64,000 nt of DNA from Chrysomallon squamiferum (taxonomy: Eukaryota > Animalia > Mollusca). Position numbers and translations under genes: made by a program. The notes beneath the pieces were generated by a model. The model saw only the letters and a list, made by a program, of their open reading frames with translations, made no database searches and was not told the DNA's origin. Of this stretch, positions 48,801-61,100 are shown one piece after another (the first letter of the stretch is position 1; every line of letters begins with the position of its first letter). The stretch spans positions 10,912,001-10,976,000 of the forward strand of contig CM022666.1 of NCBI GenBank assembly GCA_012295275.1, read 5' to 3'.

Positions 48801-50261
48801 ATGACCTATGAAACCAATTAACAATACATTTTTATCTTGGGTTCTTTTTTGAAGTCTGCCTTAAAAAAATCTTCAAGTCAGCACGTACTATGGCTACTTG
48901 TCATTATTAGCAATAATCAAACCCAGCTCTGCTTTAACTGACTCACCCCGAAGTTGAATGAATCCAGAAACCAAGATGAGACTTACCAAAATTATAATGA
49001 AATTTAATCAGAGGTGAATAACTTTTTATGGCAATTGACTCAGTCCAGTCAGTGTGAATGACATTGTAAAAGCACAGATCAAAACTCAGCTGCTGTATCA
49101 GTATGTAATATCAGCAACAAGCAATGACGAGAACTGATCCTGTGACCAACTGCTTGTAAACCACTCAAAACACCCCTGATGCAGCAATTATATCTCACTC
49201 TGTTACCACTAACATTTCTTTTAGTTCATTTTCTCATACCACTGATATTAATACAAATATATTTTACAAAGTGACACAATCTTAATTAGAAATACTGACT
49301 GAACATCACTTATTTGTAAACAGAAATCTGAAATTGCTGAAGCTTTCTGACAATTCACAATTTTCTTGCTTGCATAAAACAAAAAGTTAACAAAAATTAG
49401 TAACACAACTTTCAAGATACAGATGTGAAATGTATTAGAAACATAAGTGTATTTGGTGGTTAAAATAAGGTTTCATCATCAAAATATTTTACTATATTTC
49501 AGTGCAAACACAACCAGTTAGATTAAGGGATGTTCAGCTCATATAGTTTCATGTCTGACTACAAAAACTATAACAAAAATGAAAGTTAACAGTTTATTGT
49601 TACTTGTAATAAAATAGTTTCATGCACTGAAAGCACAGCAGTTAGGAAGCATATAATTATAAAACAGCTGAAAAATAAAGCTAAAATTACAGTGCTGTGA
49701 TAAACTGGCAAAATTAGTGAACAAGCACAATGTGATCACACATGCAAACTGTGTAAACAATGAGTCAAAAGGATACTCGACAAAACAAAAACCACATGGA
49801 GTTTTCTTGATTTTATCCAAACCCATCACAATCCGCTTTACATCTCCTGCCCTACCAAACAACTCGTAAATCTGTTCTTCTGTTGTGTAAAATGACAAAT
49901 TTCCTACATACAGTGTTGTACTGTCCAGTAACTTCCTCTCCTGCTCACTTCGACTTCCCTGAAATGTGTCATTGAACAAATAAATTAACACATCAATGAA
50001 AGGTTAAAGCTCATCTCAACAGATTTTCGTAATAATGGTTATTATATATTATATAATAATGTGAGATAGGAAATCTGCTTCTAGTATTTAGCAGCAAATA
50101 CTATTTTAAGTTTCTCCATTCTATGAAGTAAACACACACAAAAACTTTTTTAAAAATAGACTATTTGCCAATGTAAAAGATTCGAGGTGAACATCTGTAT
50201 ACAAAACAAACATGCAAAATTTATTTTAGACTAAATTCTTAAAAAATAGATGTTTCTGCTA

Positions 50262-50324
<63 letters not shown>

Positions 50325-50792
50325 AATGTTAACAACCTTAATAATATTGCTGCATCTCATTAATACCGATTTGATACCACATTATGATTATCATTCATTT
50401 TTATTTCAGGCGTAATGACTGACGTTTGTTGTTTTATAGCAAAATTGTTCAGCAAGTATAGTTAATAATAATAATAATAATAATAACAATTAATTAATTA
50501 ATTAAAACAAAAACAACAACAATAAGAAAACACTTAAATATCTGCGAGCCTTTAAGTTTAAATCAATCAAAATAGTATCGGTATCGCACTCGGCACTGTC
50601 ACTGTGATCCATGATCATGATGATGAATGAGTCAGTCAACTGGGCTTGCTCGATACCAATTATTTACATTTTCTTTACAACAAATGGTAACAAATTACGA
50701 AAATGTGAATAAATACTTACCTTATAATGCTGGTCTCTGTACGAACTAAGGGCAGTGGAGCCAGAATATTTTCTTTTTCCAAGAATAGACAT
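45886..50792 (-). CDS. NCBP2: Nuclear cap-binding protein subunit 2 (CBP20) with alternative duplicated exon 3
   Basis: Exons 50792-50721 ([24 protein letters not shown]), 49958-49777 ([22 protein letters not shown]...[10 protein letters not shown]), 47788-47650 or 46721-46583, 45966-45886 ([18 protein letters not shown]...). Confidence 0.97.
46583..46721 (-). CDS. NCBP2: NCBP2 exon 3b (139 nt, variant copy)
   Basis: CTCTTTAAC CTGTAAG| [46 protein letters not shown] |GTCTGT. Confidence 0.92.
47650..47788 (-). CDS. NCBP2: NCBP2 exon 3a (139 nt, canonical-like copy)
   Basis: CATCTTAAC AAGTTAAG| [46 protein letters not shown] |GTGTGT. Confidence 0.94.
47789..49776 (-). other. U12-type (minor spliceosome) GT-AG intron of NCBP2
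   Basis: 5' splice site GTATCCTTT at 49776-49768 matches the U12 consensus RTATCCTTT. Branch-point-like TCTTAAC lies 8 nt before the exon, with no polypyrimidine tract. Confidence 0.93.
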
Positions 50793-51842
50793 GATTTAGA
50801 CCTCACACCACCACATGTGAAAATCACAGGAAGTGAAAAAAACAAATACCAAATAGACTGGTTCACCACCAATAAAAATGTGCCATAACGCAAACAAGTC
50901 CAAATTTTACTATTTCAAATTATTCCACCGCACAAAATTTATTTTAATTTGAAACAGCGACATCAAAAATAATTGTAATAGTAGAAATAGAAGATGACAG
51001 CGAAAATAATGATGACAATAAAATAAATAATACATAAACACTTAAAACTTTTAATAATAATAATAACTTAATAACACCGTACTAGATGTACGAGTTTAAT
51101 ATCGAGGACAACATAATTTTTAGGTTGTATCTAATTTAATATTTTATTAATTCCTTCACATTATCAAAGGTACAATATATTATATTGTAACTAATTAATT
51201 TTACTGTTTCCTTAAACTAGATCTACACAATTTGAATGAACATGTAAAATTTATTTCTTAAAAAAAAAAATAATAATAATTTAAATTAATAAACGAATAT
51301 AAAACATATAAATTTAAAAAGAACAATTAATGATTAATTTTTTTGTTTCAGACTATAAGGTCTGATGAGACTGGTGGATTGAGACCTTTCATTTTGTGAG
51401 CAGCGTAAACCGGATCTGAGAAGCGGTTTATCACTTTTTTGGCGTCAGGAGCCGGGTTTAAATTGTTTTTGTCTTTTTTTATAGAATACTCAACACTGCA
51501 CGCTGGTAAGAATTTTTGTAATTTTTCAGAATGTGATAAAAATAATTACAAAAATTCATTATTGCATATTCATCAAATATTGGTTAGCTACCTTTATATA
51601 TTCGAGCAATATGATTTTGTACCCGAATCAATTTGTTCCAGATTAATGGTCCCTGATTTAATCCTTTTTCGATACATAAATTTATAAAAATAAATAAAAA
51701 TTACGCTTTGGCACTCTGTATTCCTGTATATGAATACTAATTAGTAACAAATGTTTTTCATAAAATATTCATATTGATATTAATAATAAAATTGTACACA
51801 TGATTCATTGATTGTCATTCACTCTCATTCCAAGTGATTCAC

Positions 51843-54800
51843 TAGGTATGTGGACAAAAAATTCATTCACCACCAACTTCAACATAAATAACATTGCTGA
51901 AATGCCTGTAAAAGACAACAAACATCATGTGATTCTGTTGAGTATTAAGGAAGTTACAGCATTTTAACGTTTTCAATTAACACTAATTTAGTAATTAATT
52001 GTTCTATTATTTAATGCATTTGCATTACAATGGCGTGACCAAAATCCTATTGTTTTTCACTAAAATGCATGTAACTTTCTTAATAATCAAATTTTGTTAG
52101 TGAAATTTGGACTGAAGATAGATGGTAACTAGTTCTCTCAATTCAAGCTATTAAAAGTGAAATATAAATAATTAGTAATACAGCAGACTTTAATTAGTCT
52201 AATTTGGCAACTTCAATTAGCTGAAAAAGCTATAACAAGAATTATTGTAGATAATGTCAGTTTATACAGTTTATACAGTCCTCATTCCAAAAGTGTACTG
52301 GGTTGATAAATAAGTCATTGGAGAGGCATCAAAAATTTTACTGTTGGGAAGAAGCAGTAAATAACAACAGAGAATAAATTATTGATTAAATTACACCTTG
52401 TTATCAATTAAGCTTAAGGTTTCTTCTATGCAATGATTATATTTGGTTTAACTGCAATGACTTATTCCTCAACCCAATATTTACATAGTCAAATCATCGG
52501 AAATGAGGTCTGCAGCCAATTGGAAAACAGACATATCAAAGTCAGTTGCATCATCATATGTTTCTGTCTGTGACCAGTATGCTACAACACACTTACTTCT
52601 GCTTCATTCTTCTCTTCTGCCTTTGTTTCTGACCTACCTGTACAGCCTTCATGAGAATCCTATCTCTCCTCTCCTTTTCTAAACCAGCTAGATAGGCCAC
52701 AGTTTTATTTTTTTGTGCCCTCGACTTACTTGAGAGATAGCAAACAGTTACATTAGCTGCCTTCTGTTTTGCAGCATTGAACATGCCCACTATCTCTTCA
52801 GCGTCCATATTGTGAGATCTAGCACTTTTAGTTTCCAGTCTCAGCCTCTCCGTGATCTTCCAGTCATCTGAAAAAAAATTCTTACATTGCCACTCAAGGA
52901 CATCGACAGTGGCTTGAAGACATGCTTTCATCATGTCACTGAAGATGGTCCCATCCTTGGGTGGCTCCTGTAATTTGAGAAGGGTTTTATCTTCAACTTG
53001 ATGAAGCTGGTTACCACAAAAATCTGTTTCACATGCCAGGAGATCCATTGGTGCATCCATCTGGTCCTTCAGTTTCTGGACGATCTGTTTAATAACTTGG
53101 ATCCCCTCTACATGGTCGATCTGGTCCACTGCAGCAGTGTAAAAGATGTTCATCCAAGGGCTGGTTAACATCTTGCCTAACAGGCCTAACACCTGCATTT
53201 CAACCTTACCTGTTACTGACACAAAGTCAGCCAAGACACTAGCACGCAATCCACCACACACTGTACCTTGTTCAAGATATTTCTTGAACAATGCATGATG
53301 CTGAGTATATATGCCACATATATGAAACAGAACATGCAGACGATTACCCCGATACCTGAGAACAATCCCCTGAGGCAGGTTGTGGTCATCAAGAAAAGTC
53401 TTCAACCCCTGGGGATCGCCCTTATTGTCCTTAAAGTAGAGTTTGTTCATCTGTACAATGATGTTGGATGCACAGCAATCATTTCCCCAAATCTGTCCCT
53501 TTGCAGCCCCTTCACGTTCCTTGAGTGCTGTTCTAGCTTTTGTTGCTATGGAGTCCAGTGGGTGCAAATGACAGTTCAACTCGTTCAAAGTCTTGGCCCA
53601 AGAAACGTTCACTAGCTGTATTGCAGCATGGTTTGCTGCACACCGATCAGTAAGACTGTTGGTTATGTTTGAAATTAACCCCTGGCGTATGGTTTGATAG
53701 TCTTTATCAAAGAAATGACAGTACACCAGGGCCAAGTTATCAACTGAATCACAGATGTGGTCATTATAGTCATTGGCTGTACCTCCAGGTAACTGATCAG
53801 CAGCAACAACATAGCAATCGGCATGGGTGGTGATGTGTATGCTGATTAAATGAACGCCTTCTTGTGTCGTGGCATCAAAGCCAATTGTTGAGTCCTTATT
53901 TTCTAAAATGGCTTCTGCAGTTTGAAGATCGCTTATTGCCCCAAGTTCTTTTACCATTGCTTCTACTGTAGTCCTGTGTGGAACAACAGTTAGGGTTGTT
54001 CCAGAGCGAAGGGTAAACTTTCCAATCAGTGATGGTATGTTGTTCATTGGGACTTGAGCAACAATAGCATCAAAAACTTTCATTCTCATTTCAGGAGAAT
54101 AAGTCCTCCCATCGGACTTGGTTTATTCAACAAAACTCTCCAGCTCTTTTACCCCATCTTCTAGCATTAGTTTGTCGTCTTGGAGCTGGAGGATTTCCTC
54201 CTCCCTTTTTGCCAGTTTCCTTTCCAATACTTCCACTCTTTCATCATCAGTCTGGGATAGAAACATTGCAGTTTTCTTCATTTTATTGTATTTCTTAATT
54301 TGCTGATTTTTCTTTTCTAAAGTTGATATGATTTTTGTAGCTTTTCCCAGACCTTCAGCAAGAGCAGAAGAATCCAGCTGCGATCTTACTTTGGATAATT
54401 GCCCTTCTTTTCTCTTGATCTTCTGATTTAGTCTCCTAACTGATTCAGACCTTCTCTGATGGTGCTTGGCCATCATATTCCTTACCTTAATCCAATTCTG
54501 ACGTTTTAAGAGATCCAGTTTCTGTTTGACAAATTGTGACCTTTCATGATATCTCTCACAGTTACGGCACTTTCTTATCTGCCTGGTTTTCAGTGGGGAC
54601 ACAGCAACAGGCTTGGTACTGGGAAGAACAATGGCATTTTCTTCATCAGCCTGAGGGACTTCCACTGGCTGGATAATAGATGACATAACTGTGGAAATAG
54701 TACTGGTCAGGTTCAGCTGATCAAAACTTTCGTGACAAATGGAATCAAACATATTGAATTCCAAAGTGTCACTGAGTTTCTTGAACTTGTTCAGAGTAAT

Positions 54801-55705
54801 GTCAACAAGTTTCTGAATTTGTGATGTAATATAATTCAAAACTGTAATTCTCTGATGACCAGTAATATTATTAGGGATATATGATTGAAGTTCTCTAACG
54901 GTCTTCGCACGGCTTTTTTTGCAGCGAAAGACAAAAATAAACAATACGTGACCATTTAAGAAATTCACCAAAGAAACTGGAATTCCATTGGAAAAGTTCT
55001 CTTCCAAGTGTTGGTTGGCTATACCAGTCCTTGGATTGGGGGATTTTCTTTTCCGCTTCAAGTTAGGCATCCTGAAAAGAAGGCCAACATAATAATAATG
55101 ATTACTAAATTTCAAAATTAGTTCATACCAATTGGCTTGAAGGCACTCGCAAAATCCACAATCATCCACTATTTACAATCCATCAGGTAATAAAAGTGAC
55201 ACAGAGTACAGTCGTATATTTATACAGCATCACAATCTGTTCTATCACTCATGTATCAAACATAATAGCTGAAATCAAGGGTAGAAATCACTTCAGTTTC
55301 ACTCGATTTTGAAGCCATTTCGATTTTACAGCTCGTCTTTCCGGGGTTAATAACTTTTCTCAGCTATGTCAGATTTCAATATAAATTCACATATAATAAA
55401 TTCACCTCCACCTACCTTAGATTGTCCTCCGATATCGAAAACGACCGATTTAAACATGTTGAATATGAGAAAAAATTTCATGCTCTCCTCCGAAACGAAC
55501 CAATTGACCGAACTGAAAAATTCGAAAACGAGTGAGGATACGGGAATTTCCCGCTAATTATACCAACAGGGATAACCGAAACTCCCAGCCCCTGACCAAT
55601 GAGAAGTGATTTACGCAGAGACACCACTCGCCATCGGGGAGATCCCAGTCACATGGATATAGCAGAAAATGGCGGACGCAGTTCTGGCAGTAATACACAT
55701 ACCTA
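51843..55705 (-). mobile_element. hAT-superfamily DNA transposon (hATw-like), complete ends, defective transposase
   Basis: TIR TAGGTATGTG...CACATACCTA; 7-bp direct repeat GATTCAC at 51836-51842 and 55706-55712; internal DDE-type transposase ORFs. Confidence 0.85.
52481..55070 (-). pseudogene. Disrupted DDE transposase
   Basis: ATG 55070 (MPNLKRKRK, NLS-like). ORFs 54123-55169 and 52593-54089 are in the same frame, separated by one TAA (54125-54123). Motifs IGFDATT, LTDRCAAN, NCHLHPL (CxxH), HNMDAEEIVG. A C-terminal-looking remnant (YWSQTETYDDATDFDMSVFQLAADLISDDLTM*) lies in another frame, ending 52481. Confidence 0.8.
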
Positions 55706-56039
55706 GATTCACTGATACAGTTATTGTGATTCACTGATTGTGTAGATGTAATTGAAAAATTATTAATATATATATAAAATCACAATAAGACTGAATGACA
55801 ATTATGTGTACAATTTTATTATCAGTATCAATATGAATATTTGCAGAATCAGTGATTAATCTTGATCACTTTTAAAGTTTAAATGATACACTGACTACTA
55901 CTACTAGTGATACTGATAGTCACTTTGACAAACATTCAGCTTCGTTTTACTACATGTACTACAGTATTTTAATGTTGTTGTGAAGTGTTTCATCAATTTG
56001 TTTTATTTAATTATTTTTTTGACATATTTAGATTGAAAA

Positions 56040-58112
56040 ATGGAGAAGTTGATTGGTTTTCTGGTTTTTATTCGACTGGTTTCGATCATTATACCACAGA
56101 TTAGTTATATTTACCCTGATGAGTTCTTTCAATCAACAGAAATTGTTGCAGGTTTGTTCTTACTATTTAAACTACTTTTTTTAAAAGTTTTTGATATTTT
56201 TTTTTTATTAATAACGTAAAAATACTTTTTTGCTGTTGTTCCTTTTTTCCATTTATTTTTTCACTGTTTCTTTTCCTCAGTTTAGATATTCATACATGCA
56301 GTATATATTAAAACATCTAAAATAATAATTTAATGTTACAACTGGACAAAAATATTGCTGTGTATATAAAATTAATTTATAAAAAATATCTTGTTCCAGT
56401 AATTACTTAGCAGTGTTTAATGATATTAACATAAATAATTTGAGATTTTCTTATAAATTATTTTAAATTTCAAATTTCAGGGGACATTCTAGATGTTCGT
56501 GTGGAAAGAACCTGGGAATTTGACTCGAAGTCCCCTGTTCGGAGCATTGTCTTCCCATTTCTGATCGCAGGACCTCCATTCTACTTGCTCAAATGGCTGT
56601 CAACATTTGAAATTCCAATTATAACACCCTTTTGTGTTCTCGTTTTCCCTCGTTTTTTCATGGCCCTGTTTTCCCTCATCATTGATATTGTTGTTTTCAA
56701 CCTGTGCAGGTCATACAAGATCAATGCACATTTTGGTGTTCTCTTGTATGCAACATCATATGTTAGCTTTACGTATTTCACTCGCACTTTTTCAAACACT
56801 GTAGAAGCAGTCTTGTTTTCACTGTTGCTCTTGTTAACATGTCCAAGAACAAAGCGAGCAACTTATCTTAAAAAGCATGAGTCATCTGTCTGGAAACCAC
56901 TGGCTATTGGAGTCTTAGTAGCAGCAGGAATTTTTAACAGGCCAACATTTGTGGCATTTGCATTTGTACCTCTTGTACACTGGGCATGGGACACTTACAG
57001 AAATGATGATTTTACAAAGTTGCTGAAAACATCATTTTTGCCATTTTTGAGTGCTTGTTTGACAAGTGTGGTGTTTGTTCTGATTGATACATGCTACTAC
57101 TCTCCAAAATTCATCAGAGGTCTGGGAACTGACTTCAAACACTGTTCTTTCAGTAAGAACAAAATTGCCTGCTTTGAAAACATGGGATCTGGCTTCAAGT
57201 TCACACCGCTGAATTTCATTGAGTATAACAGAGATCCAGAAAATTTGTCAAAACATGGTGTTCATCCATGGTACCTCAACTTCTTGGTAAACCTACCTCT
57301 ACTATTTGGACCTCTTGTCATGTTCCTGTACTGGCGCATTATCAAAAACGTTGCAAACATCATATCTGGAGGCTTTGTGCAGCTACAAGTAAATAAGTTC
57401 GTCCTCAATGATTTTCGACTTGTCAGTATTATGCTATTCCCCATCATCGTCCTCTCAACCTTCCCCCACCAGGAAGCCCGTTTTCTGACCCCTCTCCTAC
57501 CTGTAGGAATCATCCTTACCTGTCGTTTCTTCAAGTTTCTCAAATTTGAAAGTGTCGATCCACCTATAAAAATAGAGAAACTTGAACCATCCAAAGTGAA
57601 AAATTTCACTCTTGGTTTGTGGATTATATTCAACATGTTGTTCACCATTGTTTTTGGCTTCCTGCATCAAGGACAACTTGTACCCACACTGAATGGACAT
57701 GCACAGTCACCTGGCGAGGACATCAAAATCAGGGGTGGATAATCACTTGGTATTTTTCCACACATACATGCCACCTCGCCATCTACTTCTCCAGCAGAGA
57801 GGTTCTGAAGAACATGTTTTTGTTCATGACCTGGCTGGAGGATCTATGAAAAAACTGAAAAATCTGGTTGATGATCTCAATTCTAAGTACGTCAAGGGGA
57901 AAGATAAGCCTGCTAAGATTTGGGTCATTGCACCTTCATCACTCGATGCTGAAGACCAGTTTCACAACCACAAACTAGATGTGACAAACATGTGTTTTCA
58001 TCTGTCAATGGAGGATCCACCGAGAGTGGGAAAGTGGTGGAGATCTAAAATGACTTTAGTGGATCTTCTTTACGATATGTGTTTAACAATTATTGAATTC
58101 AAAAAACGATAA
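56040..58112 (+). CDS. PIGZ: GPI mannosyltransferase 4 (PIG-Z/SMP3), 2 coding exons; one extra base near 57692 in this sequence
   Basis: Exon 56040-56151 (YIYPDEFFQSTEIVA) and 56481-58112 (TWEF...PVRS, TRTFSNTVE, GIFNRPTF, HGVHP...VNLPLLFGPL, FPHQEARFL, FGFLHQG / HTYMPPRHLL, HLSMEDPP). Confidence 0.95.
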
Positions 58113-61100
58113 AGTCTCAAAAATACATCTTATGTTCTTCAACAGATAAACATAAATTATTATAAAATAGTTTAGTCTTAAATATAAATTTTGGATAACT
58201 AAATGTTATTTATTTTTATTGTTTTTTTTTTTTTGTGTCTAGATTAAGTATAGATTAATCATTATATTTTATTTTATTCTTTTATGAAGATGTCTGTTGA
58301 AGAACTGAATGTTTTTAATTTGTGTGCCATTATTTTACAAGTAAAACTGGGCAGCATTATCATCACTGGAATATAATAATTCAGTCTGAATTGATTTTGA
58401 TTATAGAAAACTTTAAAAACAAAAACTTGCAGCCATTAGATAACTTTATTCGTACATTCTGTCATCTTGTAAATTTATTGTCATGAACAGTTGCTCCTGT
58501 TTTGTTTGTTTTTACTCAGAAGGACATTACTGTTTTTGTCTGTATGGAAAAGCAACTTCACTGCCAATTTTACCATTATTCATTATTGGTGCTGATATAT
58601 TTTTAAGGCAGCAAATGTTTTTTTTTTTTTTTTTTTTTTTGTTTGTTTATTGACTATCAGGTATGTGTTATAAAGATGTAATCTCTGTTCTAGATTTTTA
58701 TTTGTATGCACACTGAATACTTTCATTCATTTCAGTCTGTTTAAATTAAACTGAATTTGTCAGTATCAAATTTCTTAAATTTTACAGCACAAGTACTTAT
58801 GTTTTTAAACTATTTAAAAAATTAGTTTGTGTTACCTATTCCACATAGCGTATCTCATCAAAGTAAGAAATGTTATCTCTAACAAATATTACCAGCTTTT
58901 ATAAGTACTTTGTGTGCTGGACTGAATTTGTTCCTAAAATGGATCAAATATTTTCATTCTTTTTAGTAACTCTAGTGTCAGGGTTATATTCTTTTTTCTT
59001 TTTTTAATGGGATTATTTCACATTTTTCATCTTTACTTTATTTATTTATTTATTTAAAATGAATTTCCAATTATTTTTACTATATTAGAATAATTCTAAC
59101 ATGTAATTTTTATTTTAATTGTGTTTAAATTTTGGTGTAGAGGCAAAACATGAAATAAAATAAATTATAGATCTTAGCAAAATATTGTTCATTGCCATGG
59201 ACAGTTACATAATTTTTCATTGCAATTTTCATTTTTTAAATTTTATTTAGTTAAATAATTAATATTTTATGTCTTTTTTGTTTTTATTATTAGCATTATC
59301 ATTAGATATTTATTTTATATATATGTATGTGTCTGTTTTTCTCTTTAAAAAATATTTTTTAAGGTATTCTTTAAATTAATATTTCTCTGTGTTTGTGTCA
59401 TATCTTCAGTTTGTTTGAGCTCATCTAACTTTCTAAATGTGTGTTAATATGACGTACTTCAAATTTGTTTATCAGTAGTAAAAGTGAGTACAATCCATGA
59501 CCCTGTACAACAAAACTAGTCATACTGAAACAGAGAAGTAAATAAGTCACATTTCAAGACATTACTTTACCACTAACACTGACTTCACTAACCAAATTGT
59601 CTGAGTGAAGCACTAAGTAAAGAAAGTGTTGGTATGGATGTTTTTGAAAATTGCCAAATTCATTGATACTGGTATCATTTGAAAGAAAAAAGAAATGCTG
59701 TTTAGAAATTGGAAAATGTGGTGATTTTGGCATGTTGGGTCACTTTACTAACACTGGTGTGTGACTAAACAGAGTTAGTAGTAAAAATATGTCTACTGGT
59801 TTTATAATTTCATTCAGACTAGTATATAGTTTAAGTTAATTTATATGATTAATCTTTGTGAAACAAGTAGGGATATATTTTATAAATATTTGATTTTACT
59901 TAGTACAAAATTTTAAAGATGTAGGCAGTAAAAGCTTTTTAAACATTTTTTATTGGCATCAACTGCTGATTGCTTTCGAGTTTGTGCTAGTGCTTCTTTA
60001 AGATTATTATTTTTGTACTACACATTAAAGTAATAATTAAATCTTTCCCTTACCTTTGCATTAACAGAAAGATCGAACAAAAGCCAAAAAGAATTAAATA
60101 AATAAAAAATGTTTGAATTTTTATTGCTGAATAGTGTCATTGACATTTTTTAACAGTAACACCTTTGATATTTTTCTAGGTTTATCTATTGTAGTATATA
60201 ATATAGATTTGGTTGGATATTGTAAAACACCACAACAAAATTAAATTTTAATAAAGCATTGTATTCTTTGAGTTTTAATGACATCTGCATTCTCTATTGA
60301 AGAAACTGCAGAAGTACAATGTACAACATATTGTAAATTTATTTCATTTTTTTCGTATCGTATATTACCAAGTTTTATATTGACCTTTTTTGCTAAAATG
60401 TTTACAGATTTTTTAAGTATTTGGACCTATTAAAACAAAACCATTTGTAAAATTTATAAAGTATTTACATATCTGGAAATGGTGTTAAATAATTAAAAAC
60501 AGCTGTATGCATTTGTAATAGTTGTGAAAGTTAGTGTTGTGATGATATATACCTGGTGAATATTAAAATACGTATCATACATTTTGATTGTGCTATATAT
60601 AACATACTACGCATTTGTTTTATTTTTATTATTACTTTTTAAAGTCTTGGTTTGTGCAGCATGCTCTGTATTGCATACAATTCCTTTATTTATTTTTATT
60701 TTTAAATGTGTTTTTACATCTGAAATTAGTTTTGTGTTTTAGTTGCTTCATGTATATTCGTATTAATCAGTGTTGTTGTACTTTTTTTTGTTTTTCGTCA
60801 CAAGTTTCAGTCCATAGACCACGCATAACCATGATTCTATTTTACAATAAAAAAATAAAATAAAAGCTTTACTTTTAGTTTTTATCATTCATTAATGGTG
60901 TGCCTTTTTCCCCCTTTTATCATTTTCCAAAAAAGTATTTATAGTTTTATATATTTATTTTAATTTTTTTTTTTTTTTTTTTTGTTTTATTTTTCTAAAT
61001 ACATTTGGTCCTCAAACAATTATTATAGTATATATCTTTTCTAAGAATATGTTGAACAAATAGGTTAAGGACAGTATTCATTGTGTAATCCTATTCCAAC

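Larger units (their letters stand above)
51763..55842. repeat. Foldback/MITE-like host element split by the hAT insertion
   Basis: Arm 51763-51821 (aaatattcatattgatattaataataaaattgtacacat...attgtcattca) is the reverse complement of 55792-55842, apart from an 8-nt indel and 3 mismatches. Confidence 0.8.

Noticed and set aside
51362-51390. Hammerhead-like CTGATGA core
   Set aside because: No GAAA or stem II/III arrangement (GAGAC instead).
56581-57700. Antisense ORFs over PIGZ (likewise over KIAA2013, FMO and the transposase)
   Set aside because: Shadow frames of real coding sequence with no independent motifs.
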